Positions 12,561-24,264 of a stretch of DNA of 49,006 nucleotides are shown in pieces. The translations under genes were made by a program, and so were the position numbers. Every line of letters starts with the position of its first letter. The stretch's first letter is position 1. Source of the DNA: Chiloscyllium plagiosum (taxonomy: Eukaryota); NCBI RefSeq assembly GCF_004010195.1, contig NC_057719.1:5701643-5750648 (forward strand). Reading direction: 5' to 3'. The notes beneath the pieces are model-generated. The model was not told the origin of the DNA and ran no database searches. It worked only from the letters and a program-made list of their open reading frames with translations.

Positions 12561-12784
12561 TTAAGAATGTAGTTTGCCACTTCATTCACCTGCATGGCAC
12601 TGCTTTCATTTGGATTACTCAGTATGGGTTGAACCTGTTGTCCTGTTTCATTGGAAATCAGCAGGTTCCCCAAGTCATCACCGAAATTGGTTTTGAAAAT
12701 AACTATACAATTTATTTGATTTCCAAACACAGGTTGATAGACAGCACATACCACATTTATTTATTTAACAAGACTACGAGGAAT

Positions 12785-12880
12785 TAGAGTCGAGAGTGTG
12801 GTGCTGGAAAAGTACAGCAGGTCAGGCAGCATCCGAGGAGCAGGAGAATCGACATTTCGGGCAAAAGCCCTTCTTCAGGA
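12785..12880 (-). mobile_element. Family-A pLTR fragment fused to the 3' end of a family-B Penelope
   Basis: gtgtggtgctggaaaagtacagcagg...gcccttcttcaggaat joins directly to cacacaacacc. Confidence 0.8.
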
Positions 12881-14068
12881 ATCACACAACACCAGTTATA
12901 GTCCAACAGGTTTAATTGGAAGCACACTAGTTTTCGGAGCACCGCTCCTTCATCAGGTGGTTGTGGGGGACACAATTGTAAGGCACAGAATTTATAGCAA
13001 AAGTTTAGTGTGATGAAACTGAAATTATACATTGAAAAATACCTTGATTGTCTGTTGAGTCTTTCATCTGTTCGAATACCATGTTAATTTCACTTCTTTC
13101 ATGTCTAAATCACAAAACCTTTTTGTAAAAGTTGCATTCTCAGGTTAGCTGTAACAATTGGTGATAGCTAGATCTCTGTCTGTGCCGTGATGTTTAGATT
13201 GATACTAATCTAAAGAGTGAGATAACAGAGTTTTACATGAATTCATGCAGTTTTTGAGCAAAGTACAATGTAACTCTGCAAGTACAAATTCACCCCACAA
13301 AATATATGTGTGCATGTGGGTCTTTGTGTCTATGTGTGTGTGTGTGTGTCTGTCTGGGTTGGGGGTTGTGAGTGTGAGAGAGAGTGTATATGTGTGTGTA
13401 GTGAGTTTGTAGAGTGTCTTAAGTCTGTGAGAGGATGCCTGTGTGAGTGTGGGAGTGTGTGTGTCTGTGTCTGTGTGCGCGTCTGTGTGTATGTGTATAT
13501 AGTGCAATGGCAGTCACCTGTAGTGTGACATGAACCCAAGGTCCCGGTTGAGGCCCTCCCTATGGGTACAGAACTTAGCTATCAGCCTCTGCTCGGCCAC
13601 TTTTCGCTGCTGCCTGTCCCGAAGGTCGCCTTGGAGGATGGTCACCTGAAGGTCCAAGGTCGAATGTCCTGCACCACTGATGTGTTCCCCAACTGGGAGG
13701 GAACCCTCCTGTCTGTTGATTGTTGTGCAGTGCACATTCATCCGTTGCCAAAGCCTTTGCTCTGTTTCCCCAATGTACCATGCCTCCAGGCATCCTTGCC
13801 TGCAACATATAAGGTAGACAACATTGACTGAGTCACATGAGTACCTGCCACGTACATTGTGGGAGGTGTCCCCAAGTGTAATGGTGGTATCCATGTCCAC
13901 ACTCTGACACATCTTGCAGCGCCTACCGTGACAGGGTTGTATGGCGTTGTCCTGAGAGTCGGGCAGCTTGCTACGAACAATGATTTGTTTGAGGTTTGGC
14001 GGTTGTTTAAAGGCAAGTAGTGGAGGTGTGGGGAAGGTCTTGACATTGTGTGATTTTTAACTTTGTAC
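12879..14068 (-). mobile_element. Penelope-like element (family B): GIY-YIG endonuclease C-terminus, (CA)n-rich UTR, HHR, short inverted end
   Basis: ORF 13514-13912 NVVYLICCRQGCLEAWYIGETEQRLWQRMN..EQRLIAKF..GLN. HHR at 12925-12959. Inverted ttgtgtgatttttaactttgtac at about 14046-14068. Confidence 0.9.
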
Positions 14069-14199
14069 CTATACACAACTTCTTTGTCCCAGTTCATTCG
14101 CAATCCACATTTTAATTGCCACTTCTTCAAGCAACTCTTTGCACAATGCACGCCATGAGTGTCAGGTTACCCTTTCAAAGCATCCTTTAGAACATTATT

Positions 14200-14376
14200 C
14201 GGAGATGCTGGTATTGGACTGGGGTGTACAAAGTTAAAAATCACACAACACCAGGTTATAGTCCAACAGGTTTAATTGGAAGCACAATCACCTGATGAAG
14301 GAGCGTCGCTCCGAAAGCTAGTGCTTCCAATTAAACCTGTTGGACTATAACCTGGTGTTGTGTGATTTTTAACTTT
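14200..14376. mobile_element. Fold-back family-B Penelope mini-element upstream of TTC7B
   Basis: Inverted arms at about 14230-14285 and 14321-14376. Flanks CTTTAGAACATT (14185) and CTTTAGAAGATT (14373). Confidence 0.88.
14289..14323 (+). ncRNA. Minimal type-I hammerhead ribozyme motif (intact)
   Basis: cac-CUGAUGA-A-GGAGC-GUC-GCUCC-GAAA-GC-UA^gug. Stem I cac/gug, 5-bp stem II. Confidence 0.82.
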
Positions 14377-14390
14377 AGAAGATTGGTGTG

Positions 14391-14890
14391 GTTCCCGGAG
14401 AAGCCGCTGTTCAAGGATAGGCCACTGGGGTGGGAGAGGGCGCTGCAGTTCCCGGAGAAGCCGCTGTTCCAGGACAAGCCGCTGGGGAGGGAGAGGGCGC
14501 TGTAGTTCCCGGAGAACCCCTGTTCCAGGACAAGCCGCTGGGGTGGGAGAGGGCGCTGCGGTTCCAGGACAAGCCGCTGGGGTGGGAGACGGCGCTGCGG
14601 TTCCAGGATAAGCCGCTGGGGTGGGAGAGGGCGCTGCAGTTCCCGGAAAACCCGCTGTTCCAGGACAAGCCGCTGGGGTGGGAGAGGGCGCTGCTGTTCC
14701 AGGACAAGCCGCTGGGGTGGGAGAGGGCGCTGCTGTTCCAGGACAAGCCGCTGGGGTGGGAGAGGGCGCTGCTGTTCCAGGACAAGCCGCTGGGGTGGGA
14801 GACGGCGCTGCTGTTCTAGGACTAGCCGCTGGGGTGGGAGAGGGCGCTGCTGTTCCAGGACAAGCCGCTGGGGTGGGAGAGGGCGCTGCA
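14391..14890 (+). repeat. GC-rich minisatellite, 39-bp unit with some 57-bp variants, directly upstream of the TTC7B ATG
   Basis: Tandem GCTGTTCCAGGACAAGCCGCTGGGGTGGGAGAGGGCGCT, about 11 copies, some with an extra GCAGTTCCCGGAGAAGCC. Confidence 0.95.
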
Positions 14891-14911
14891 GGTTCAGGTG
14901 GCTTTGCCGAA

Positions 14912-15032
14912 ATGGCCGCTAAGAAGTTGGGCACTCGGTTGGAGATTGAGATTGAGCGCTGTCGGAATGAATGTCTGTGGGAAAAGATCCCGGAGCTCGT
15001 TAAACAACTGTCGGCCAAGCTCATCGGGAACG
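14912..15032 (+). CDS. TTC7B: Tetratricopeptide repeat protein 7B, coding exon 1 (121 bp)
   Basis: ATG at 14912 encodes MAAKKLGTRLEIEIERCRNECLWEKIPELVKQLSAKLIGN, which matches the vertebrate TTC7B N-terminus (MATKKAGSRLETEIERCRSECQWERIPELVKQLSAKLIAN). Donor G|GTAAG at 15032/15033, phase 1. GC/CpG-rich context. Confidence 0.95.
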
Positions 15033-15177
15033 GTAAGGACCCGCGGCCTCTCCTGGCGGTTCCCCCGGGCCCCGGGCAATGTCGGCCCCACCGGGGGCTC
15101 GGGACCCAGAGCTTCACCTCCCGAGGGTCGCCGAAGGAACCTTCCAGAAAGACCTGCCTCAACCCCAACCCCCTCCC

Positions 15178-16118
15178 NNNNNNNNNNNNNNNNNNNNNNN
15201 NNNNNNNNNNNNNNNNNNNNNNNNNNNNNNNNNNNNNNNNNNNNNNNNNNNNNNNNNNNNNNNNNNNNNNNNNNNNNNNNNNNNNNNNNNNNNNNNNNNN
15301 NNNNNNNNNNNNNNNNNNNNNNNNNNNNNNNNNNNNNNNNNNNNNNNNNNNNNNNNNNNNNNNNNNNNNNNNNNNNNNNNNNNNNNNNNNNNNNNNNNNN
15401 NNNNNNNNNNNNNNNNNNNNNNNNNNNNNNNNNNNNNNNNNNNNNNNNNNNNNNNNNNNNNNNNNNNNNNNNNNNNNNNNNNNNNNNNNNNNNNNNNNNN
15501 NNNNNNNNNNNNNNNNNNNNNNNNNNNNNNNNNNNNNNNNNNNNNNNNNNNNNNNNNNNNNNNNNNNNNNNNNNNNNNNNNNNNNNNNNNNNNNNNNNNN
15601 NNNNNNNNNNNNNNNNNNNNNNNNNNNNNNNNNNNNNNNNNNNNNNNNNNNNNNNNNNNNNNNNNNNNNNNNNNNNNNNNNNNNNNNNNNNNNNNNNNNN
15701 NNNNNNNNNNNNNNNNNNNNNNNNNNNNNNNNNNNNNNNNNNNNNNNNNNNNNNNNNNNNNNNNNNNNNNNNNNNNNNNNNNNNNNNNNNNNNNNNNNNN
15801 NNNNNNNNNNNNNNNNNNNNNNNNNNNNNNNNNNNNNNNNNNNNNNNNNNNNNNNNNNNNNNNNNNNNNNNNNNNNNNNNNNNNNNNNNNNNNNNNNNNN
15901 NNNNNNNNNNNNNNNNNNNNNNNNNNNNNNNNNNNNNNNNNNNNNNNNNNNNNNNNNNNNNNNNNNNNNNNNNNNNNNNNNNNNNNNNNNNNNNNNNNNN
16001 NNNNNNNNNNNNNNNNNNNNNNNNNNNNNNNNNNNNNNNNNNNNNNNNNNNNNNNNNNNNNNNNNNNNNNNNNNNNNNNNNNNNNNNNNNNNNNNNNNNN
16101 NNNNNNNNNNNNNNNNNN
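15178..16118. other. Assembly gap (N run) in TTC7B intron 1, with C-rich flanks
   Basis: Continuous n characters. Confidence 1.
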
Positions 16119-16169
16119 TCCCCGTCCCACCCCATCCGTCCCCGTCCCATCCCCCCGTCCACTCCCCCC

Positions 16170-16680
16170 ACTGTCAGACACATGGGGCATGCAAGCAGGA
16201 CATTGTGTTAAAGCGACAGGCCACGGGAACATCGGGGTCATGCTTGTGCACAGATCGGAGGTGGTCGGCGAAGTGGTCACCCAGTCTGTTTGGTTTGTCC
16301 AATGTAGAGTAGGCCACGTTGGGTGCAGTGATTACAGTGCACCAGACTGGAGGAGGGACACATGAAATGCTGCTTCACCTGGAAAGACTGTTTCGGCCCT
16401 TGGATGGTGAGGAGGGGAAGGGGCAGGGGTTGCACCTTCTGCGGTTACATGGGAAGGTGCCGTGGAGAGGGGTGTGTGGTGTTTTTGGTTGTGGAATAGA
16501 TTAAGGTGTCCCGGAAGGAATAACGGGGAAGTGAGGGGAAAGTATGTTTGGTGTTCTGCAGGAGCTTGCCCCTGCCCATCACTTTCAGCAGTGTGATTGG
16601 ATTCCCCTTGTCCTCACTTTTCATCCCACCACCCTCCACATTGAAAGAATGATTCTGCTCCATTTCAGACAACTCCAGCA
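16170..16680 (-). mobile_element. Degraded Penelope coding fragment with an inverted piece at about 16565-16680
   Basis: Plus-strand piece IPLVLTFHPTTLHIERMILLHFRQLQ is typical of the PLE RT-endonuclease linker. The minus part resembles the GIY-YIG region. Confidence 0.6.
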
Positions 16681-17284
16681 GTCTCCTGGTTGCTTTGGGA
16701 GAGGACACGGCTGTCTTACTGGTCAATAAATTTGAAGGATCTTGTGGAAACACGGCTGTTGGCACTTGTCCAATGGTTTGAGTGTCTACTATATATTTGG
16801 GGGGTGGAGGAAGTTGGTGGTTGGTTTTCCTGTGGGAACTGGTTGGAAGTGGACTTCAGGTTTTTCTGGGAGTTTAGTGAAAGATTCACCTTCTCGTATG
16901 TTTCAGAGGAGTTGCCGATGACCTGGAGCTCGAGTCAGCACACAAGAATATCATCTGTATCAAAATCAGAAACTGCGAGAGCAATTCCGCAGGTCTGGCA
17001 CTGGACTTGAAACATTAATTCTCATTTCCACAGAGACTGCCAGACCAGCTCAGTTTCTCCAGCAGTATTGGTTTTTGTTTCAGATTTCCAGCATCCACAG
17101 TTCTTTATTCTATTTAGCGTCATCTGCACTTTGGGTGTGGTCTTCAAATTATCTTGGGTAAATCTACTGTCTTCTCTCAATACTGCTCTGATTGAGAGAC
17201 TTCAATTTACTCTGTGTCTGTGACTGGCCGTAGTGTCATATTGTGTCATGTGTGTGGGTTATTGGACTCTAGTCCTTCACCCTG

Positions 17285-17550
17285 AGTCGAGAGTGATTTG
17301 CTGGAAAAGCACAGCAGGTCAGACAGCATCTGAGGAGCAGGAAAATCGATGTTTCGGGCTAGAGCCCTTCATCAGGAATGAGGCAGGGAGCCTCCAGGAT
17401 GGATGGTGCTGAGCTGGAAGGTTGGAACTGGGGTAAGGTGGGGGGAGGGGAAATGAGGAAACTGGTGAAACCCATATTGATGCCCTGGGGTTGAAGGGCC
17501 CTGAGGCGTAAGATGAGGTGTTGTTCCTCCAGGCGTCGGGTGGATGATGA
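17285..17550 (-). mobile_element. Family-A Penelope 3' end (GIY-YIG C-terminus + pLTR), HHR at about 17344-17379
   Basis: RRLEEQHLILRLRALQPQGINMGF. Minus strand CUGAUGA-A-GGGC-UCUA-GCCC-GAAA-CA-UC. Confidence 0.85.
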
Positions 17551-18052
17551 AGTGGTACTGCATAAATGATGCATTGTGTGTGAATGGGGAACTGATGTGG
17601 CAGGCTCCCTTGGTGGGAGTCATGGATAAACTCAAACCTGCTCGTGATTCCCAACAAAATCTGACTCCCAATTGTCTAGGAACCCCTTTGCCATTGGACC
17701 AAAGCCCCAGTTTAGTTGATGGAGTGGGGTGTCAACCCATGGTGATCTAATTCTGAGGCGTGTGTGACTCAGCCAAAAATGCTGTGTTGGGATTGCTTGC
17801 TCTTGTCAGAAGAGATTGTGTACATCTTCTGTATCTCTGTCAGAGTCAACATTGAAGGAGAATGCCAGTGTTTAAAATCAAATCGACAGAATAAGGGACT
17901 CTCAGCCTCACAAACACATCAGTAACTGCAATTTGGGAAGTATTTAATTTTCTGTGAGGTGCTTTAGACATCCTAAGAACTTGAAAGGCGGTAGAGAACA
18001 GTAAGTTTGTTTTTCCTTTCTGTAAGATTCTGTCACCTCTGTTCTCTCTCAG

Positions 18053-18207
18053 ATGACCTGGCAGAGCTACTACTTGGAGAGTCAAAGTTGGAGCTGTACC
18101 TGAAAGACAATCCAATCAAACAAGGAGTCACTCCTTCAGATGCCAAGCCAAAGCTAAGCGAGGTGAAGAAGCACTTGCTAGGTGCACTCGATAGAGGCAA
18201 TTTAAAG
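18053..18207 (+). CDS. TTC7B: TTC7B coding exon 2 (155 bp)
   Basis: Acceptor ctctgttctctctcAG at 18051-18052. Encodes (D)DLAELLLGESKLELYLKDNPIKQGVTPSDAKPKLSEVKKHLLGALDRGNLK. Donor AAG|GTAATA. Exons 1+2 total 276 nt, so frame is kept. Confidence 0.95.
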
Positions 18208-18649
18208 GTAATACATCTTTCATTCAGGATCTTGCTACAACCTTTGTACCTGAAAGAAAAGCAGAGAATGATGTGAATGCTGAGCAGGTAAGGCGACATC
18301 TGAGTAAGGAGAAACAAAGTTAATGTTTCAGTTTGATGACAATGAACCTGAACCTGGTTCTCCCCTACAGATGCTGCCGAATCTGCAAAACGATTCAACC
18401 ATTTTTGTGGAGCACTTCTGTTTTGTACCAGTTTACAAACTGAAGTATGCAGTGTCAGCAGCATGATTAACAGTGTTCTTTCAGTTATGTACCTGGAAAT
18501 CTCTTTACAACTTGAATCATTTTAAAAACTGACTAAAAATGCTGTTGCATTGAAGGTATTTTGTAGGTGGCGTGGTGCTGAGTGTTAGGGCATTGTTGTT
18601 GGGTGGCTTTTTTTAAACTCTGAATATGCTTTTGTGAAGAATTTTATTA

Positions 18650-19001
18650 GAATTGTCATAGAATCCCCACAATGTGGAAACAAGCCATTTGGCCCATTGA
18701 GTTCGCACTAACCCTCTGAAGAGCATCCCACCCAGACTCACCGTCTTACCTCGTCTCTGTAACTCTGCATTTATCATGGCTAACCCACCTAACCTACGCA
18801 TTCCTGGACACTATGGGCAATTTAGCACGGCCAATCCACCTAACCTGCACATCTTTGGACTGAGAGGGGAAACTGGAGCATGTGGAGGAAACTTACACAG
18901 ACAAACGGCTTACGTGCAAACTCCATACTAACAGGGGCCCAAGGCTGGAATTGATTGGGGTCCCTGGTGCCGTAAGGCAGCAGTGCTGACCACTGAACTA
19001 C
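18650..19001 (-). mobile_element. HE1-type SINE
   Basis: Reverse complement of the same head, core and tail as 10241-10553 (cacctaacctgcacatctttggact, gtgcaaactcca). Confidence 0.8.
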
Positions 19002-19474
19002 TAAATTATATATATAGGTATATAATACTTATATTAAAGGTATGATATAAACGTAAACAGTTGCCTGATTTTCTGGAGTACCATTTATGGCGCACAAGGG
19101 TGTCTGTTCTACCTCAGATTTCACACTTCAAAATGTCACACACCTTTTAACAAAAACCATTCTCAGGCCACTGATATATCACTTTCAGTTTAACAATATT
19201 AGGGTGAAATTTGAAATCCATCTGAAGTGAGTAATTTTCACTTTTAAGTTGGCTAATGTATCTCATTAATTTGAGTTTAATTGCTGGCGATCTCTGACTT
19301 TCCAGAAATTAGATTTTATGGTCTTAAAAATCATATCACAACAGTGGTTGTATTTCAAAAGTACTTAATTGGCTACAATATTCTTTGTGATGTTTGGTGG
19401 TCATGAGAGATTGTATAAACCCCAATCTGTCTTTTTTAATATTCAGAGGACCTAAACAATCTTTACATTTAATG

Positions 19475-19790
19475 CAAAAACAGAAATTGCTGGCCAAACT
19501 CAGCAGGCCAGGTAGCTTCTGTGGGAAGGGCTTATGCCCGAAATGTCGATTCTCCTGTTCCCTGGATGCTGCCTGACCTGCTGTGCTTTTCCAGCAACAC
19601 ATTTTCAGCTCTAGCTTCTGTGGGAAGAAAGCAAAGTTAACCTTTCTAGTCCAGTATCTCTTCATCAGATTTATCAGTCACTGGATGAAACATTAACTCT
19701 GCTTTCTTCCCACAGAAGCTGCCACATCTAGTGGGTTTCGTCAGCATTTTCTGGTTTTGTTCCAGATCTCTTGCATTTGAAGTTCTTGTT
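19475..19790. mobile_element. Older fold-back pLTR element with a family-A fragment (19529-19611) nested inside, 16-bp TSD
   Basis: TAGCTTCTGTGGGAAG at 19513-19528 and 19612-19627. Host arms cttctgtgggaagaaagca / tgctttcttcccacagaag. Confidence 0.8.
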
Positions 19791-20137
19791 TTATTTTCAT
19801 TTAATACCGTATTTGTGTAAGTAAAGTTAATAAAATCTCTCTGTTAAACAAGGCTCATCGCCAGCCTTCATAACCATACTTGGCCTGACAATCCTCTGTC
19901 ACTTCCAGTGTTTCTCCAGTGAGATGAGCTGTCTGCTCTGTATTATATGTGCAGCAGTTTCATTGGTTCCTCCCATTTAGCTCCAGGTTGCTTCCAGCCA
20001 TAACTTATTTATGCACCACTTGCCTTGTTAAACCACACCGCCCCCCCGCGCCCCCCAAAAAAAATCAGCAGAGCCCAGATTGAGAAGCTGATGTTTGCTA
20101 AGATATTTACCCACTGCACTGTTTGCTCTTTTGTCAG

Positions 20138-20306
20138 CAAGACTTTGCTCAGGAAGCCAATTTGATATTGGCCAAGTGTTACTATGTGGAGGGTGACCAC
20201 ACCCGGGCTCTCAACCTGTATTCCAAGGTTGATCTGGAAAAGTTGCAGTTGGTGGGAGTGCCTGTCTACAGACTGAGGATCATTGCAGAATCCTTTGCTA
20301 CAAAAG
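20138..20306 (+). CDS. TTC7B: TTC7B coding exon 3 (169 bp)
   Basis: Acceptor ttgctcttttgtcAG. Encodes QDFAQEANLILAKCYYVEGDHTRALNLYSKVDLEKLQLVGVPVYRLRIIAESFATK(G), similar to TTC7B SEFLQESNLIMAKLNYVEGD...YRLRVIAEAYATKG. Donor AAG|GTAAGT. Confidence 0.95.
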
Positions 20307-21479
20307 GTAAGTGGGCTTTTATTCCAAATATCTGTTAGCTCCAAGTATCTGTATGGTCGCATTCTGTCAGGGATGCTCCAGTTACTTAACCTCTTGCAAA
20401 GTTGTGTTATTCAACAAAGATGTATAAAGAAATTTAAAAACAAAAACAAAACAAAAAAAACACAGTCTGCCAAGACTGGTATTCTGCATTTCGAGGAAAA
20501 ATAAATTTTGGAGGTTAATTGGCTTTTGAAGAGAAGGATTTCATCCGTGTGAAGGGGAGACTTGGCTAAGAGGTAGCCCTGTCTTTGTCCTGTCCTCCCT
20601 GCCCATGCTGACTGCCTTGCGATAGCCTGCCATCATTTTCTGTTCTTATCACAAAAGAGCGACATGTATGGATCAGCCACGATTTTATTGGATGTCTGCA
20701 GTAGGAAACCAATTGTGCTGGAACAACCTGGTGACAGCACCTCAGCTTTCACTCTATTTCCGAGAAGGATTTGGGCAAATTGGAGAGGGTCACATTGGAG
20801 GATCTTGTTTCCAGAACCCTTCCATTTCATTCATCTACCTATCAAATCTAACCTTCAATATTGTCATAATTTCTTCCTCAGCTAATTGGAGGTAATTTCC
20901 CCCCAGTCCATAGATGTGAGAGAGATGAAGTCTCTGACTTCTGTTTTAATTCTTTTACATTTAATCTTCCATCTATGCCAGCCATTCTCAATGCCTCAGC
21001 TATTGGAAGCTGACTGATTCTATCTGCCTAATCCTTTTTAAAATTTGGAATTATCTTGCCTTATTATCTACAATGTTTTAGTTAAAACAACATCCTCCAG
21101 ACTTTTCAAGTCTCCTTTCATATTGCCTTAGACCAAAATATCTAGTGAAACGAAAGAAAGATGCTGAAAATCTGAAATGAAAGCACAAAATACTGGAAAT
21201 GCTCAGTAGGGTCAGGCATCATCTGAGGAGAGAGAACCAGTTAGTGTTTCAGGCCTGAGGAATGTTAGGAAAATCCATATGTTTGAGCAGTTGCATGTTG
21301 GGCAAAAGAATGAAAAGTAATTTCTGTAATAGGGTTGGTGGGGGGTGGAGAGAGGAGAGATTTTAGGTCGCTGCTATCTGAAAGCAAAATCAAGAGGAAA
21401 ATGGACCAAAACAAATGGCAAAGAAACAAACCAACTAAGAAAAACACATCAAAATGGAGTTAGAAGCTTTTAAAATTTC

Positions 21480-22150
21480 ATTGAGGGGGTGTGGGCATCG
21501 CTGGCTATGTCAGCATTTATTGCCCTTGAGAAGGTAGTGGTGAGCTGCTGCTTTTAATTGCAGCAGTCCATGTGCTGTAAGCACAGCTACAATGCCATTA
21601 GGGAGGGTGTTTCAGGGTTTGGCCTTGGATGGTGACACGTACCATGACAAAGCAGGATTTGACCCATCCACACTAAAGGAATGGTGATATATTTCTAAGT
21701 CAGGATGGTGAGTGGCTGAGAGGGGATCTTGCAGGTGGTGGTGTTCCTATGTATCTGCTGTCCTTGTCCTTCTAGATGATAGTGGTGTGGGTTTGGAAGG
21801 TACTGTGGAAAGCCTTGGGTTGCTTTGTCCTGGATGGTGACATGCTTCTTGAGTGTTGTTGGTGCTGCTGTTATCCAGGCAAGTAGGGAGTATTCCAAAC
21901 ACTCCTGACTTGTACCTTGTAGGTGGTATAGCGGCTTTGAGGAGTCAGGATGTGAGTTACTGCATAATTCCTAACCTCTGACCTGCTCTTGTTACTACAG
22001 TATTTACGTGCCTGGTCCTGGTCAGTTTCTGGTCAATGGTAACTCCTGTAGAAAGTGACAGATTGTGTTTGTAACACATTGAATATTAAGAGATGATGAG
22101 ATTCTCTCTTGGTGATTGTCATTGTCTGGCATTTGGGTGGCATGAATGTT
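21480..22150 (-). mobile_element. Old CR1/Jockey-group LINE 3' part
   Basis: MEYSLLAWITAAPTTLKKHVTIQDKA. Same family as 34460-36660, 40700-42330 and 26580-27000. Confidence 0.7.
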
Positions 22151-22625
22151 ATAATCTAAAATTGCTAACTGTAGCAATGCCCTGTCAAACGATGAGATGC
22201 TGTTCCTTGAGATTGCATTGAACCCTATAGAGACACAGCAGCAGGTCAAGGACAGAAAGGTCAACATTAGAATCAAGTTGGAGAATTAAATGGAAGGCAA
22301 CTAGAGCCTGACGGTGATCGTATAGATTGAAAGGAGGTGTTCTGCCAAATCAGTCCCCCAGTCTTTGATCTCGCCAACACAGAGGGTACTGTGTCATAAG
22401 CTACGAATAGACTATGATGAATTGAAAGAGGTACAAATTCTTCTCTGTTACACTTGTAGTAGTGTTTGAGCTTCGGATGTTGAGAAGGGATGCCAGGGTA
22501 GGAAACAGGTTGTAGTATGATGAATTGCTCTGTCCAAGCAGATGAGACTGAGAATCGGGGAGAATGTAAGAGAGCTCATTTAGGAACAATAATGTGGACA
22601 GTGTAGTCTAGGTAATTATAGTAGA

Positions 22626-22800
22626 GGGGATCGGTTAGCTCAGTTGGCTGGATGCTTTGCAATGCTGAATGATGCCAACAGCATGGATTAAATTCCCACA
22701 CCGGCTGAGGTTGCTATGAAGGGCTTTCTTTCCCACTGCTTCCCATCACCAGTTGAGTCTCCCTAATGAGCAAGCAGCCCTATGGTCTGGTAGCCGTTAT
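22626..22800 (+). mobile_element. tRNA-derived SINE, family unassigned
   Basis: A box ggttagctcagttgg and degenerate B box ggattaaattccc. Confidence 0.55.
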
Positions 22801-24264
22801 GGGAGTCAGTGGGTTTATAGTGAATATTGGTTGATTCTTTCCATTTCTGAGAAGTCAAGGAAGGGAACAATAAAATTTGAAGATGGATCTTTTTTGTGGA
22901 TAAAATTATGCAAAAATCGGATTTTGTAGCAGGTCAAAGCACAGTTTATTACGAAAAAACTTTGGGGAGAAGCGAGGTCGCCCTAAGAGTGAGATTCCAA
23001 CCAGGCAATCTCATCAATTACAAAATTCAGCACTCTTGATATCTTTGAATTATAGCAAAGCACACAGTTTTGATTACGTAAATTGCTCTTCAGAATTCTC
23101 CACACCGGTGTCCGTCTGCGGAGACTGCAGCCACCAGTTATTTTGAGTTTGTGGTTTTACTTGTGAATGGTCATACTTCCGGTTATCCAGCTTGCTCCTG
23201 CAGCAGTCAGCACTTTAGCAAGATTTAGCACAAATTGCAAATTGCACAGAATTTTGTCAATGATCCCAACATGCTTTGCAAATGTAGTCAAATGCTCTAC
23301 TTCAGTTTTGTTTGGGGAAGAGACATTGGAAGCAAACTCAGTTACATCTTTCAGTTCCAGTTGAGAGCAGGCCAAAATCATCTATGTATAGAAAAAAGAA
23401 GTGGGGGGAGGGGCCTGAGCATGAGTGGAACAAGAAATATTTCGCATCTCCAACTGTGAGAAAGCTGTGGCAAAAACTCGTAAGGGTATCGATAACAACA
23501 GCTTTGATATGGTGGAAGTGGAAGAAAACATTGTTTGGTGTGTGGACAAGTTCAGTTGGGTGGAAGGGAGAGTGTTTGTTGGTACATCTAATGAATAGGT
23601 TGAATCCTTTTAAAGCTTCAATACACTTTTCTATGGGTGGGAATATTACACACATTACTCCGACTGAGGTCCTTATGTGGGCTAAGTATTATCTGTTGGC
23701 TTTTATTTTCTATGATTTTGCAATTGAGAAACTTCTTGAATTTTGTATATAGATATAGAATAGCTCTGTTGAATTGTGATTCCCATGGATCTGCACCCTT
23801 AAATTTCTGAGATCACTGAGACTCGAGAAAATTGTTGTTGATTAAAATCTTGATTTGCATGTTCTTTCTGAATTCCCATTGAAACCATCCATTTTCTGTT
23901 TTAGAGGCTAGACAATGCTGCTGTATCATCTTGGAGCACAGCCAGTAAAACTGTTTGAGGGAAGTCTGTGGGTTCAAGGTCAGCTATTAATCACAGCGTC
24001 TATCAGATGAAAGAATAACTGCAAAGCTGTCTGTTTGCCAGGCTTCCTGTTACCTGTCTTAGCCTTTGCTTTCCAGTGAAGCATTTTCAAAATGTATTGG
24101 GGTTTGGGCATTGTTGATGAGCCAACACTAATAGTCCAAATCTGAATGGAACATAGAACAGTCCAGCACAGGAACAGACCCTTCAGCCCATCATGTTTGT
24201 GAGTGAGTTAGTTATTATCACATATATTGAGAAAGATACCATGGTAACTGTTTTTTCGCCACAA

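Larger units (their letters stand above)
14390..15177 (+). promoter_or_regulatory. TTC7B: CpG-island-like promoter/first-exon region of TTC7B
   Basis: High GC and retained CpGs around exon 1, against CpG-depleted flanks. Confidence 0.6.

Noticed and set aside
13205..13539. His/Thr- or Cys/Val-rich ORFs (also 27443-27667)
   Set aside because: Translations of the TG/CA-rich PLE 3' UTR.
14621..16365. Long ORFs of 370-560 aa
   Set aside because: They run through an N gap and a tandem repeat. Only 14912-15032 is supported as coding.
14912..20306. Assignment to TTC7A
   Set aside because: The LSAKLI.NDD.AELLLGESKLE and LDRGNLK segments, and the lack of the longer TTC7A exon-1 linker, fit TTC7B.
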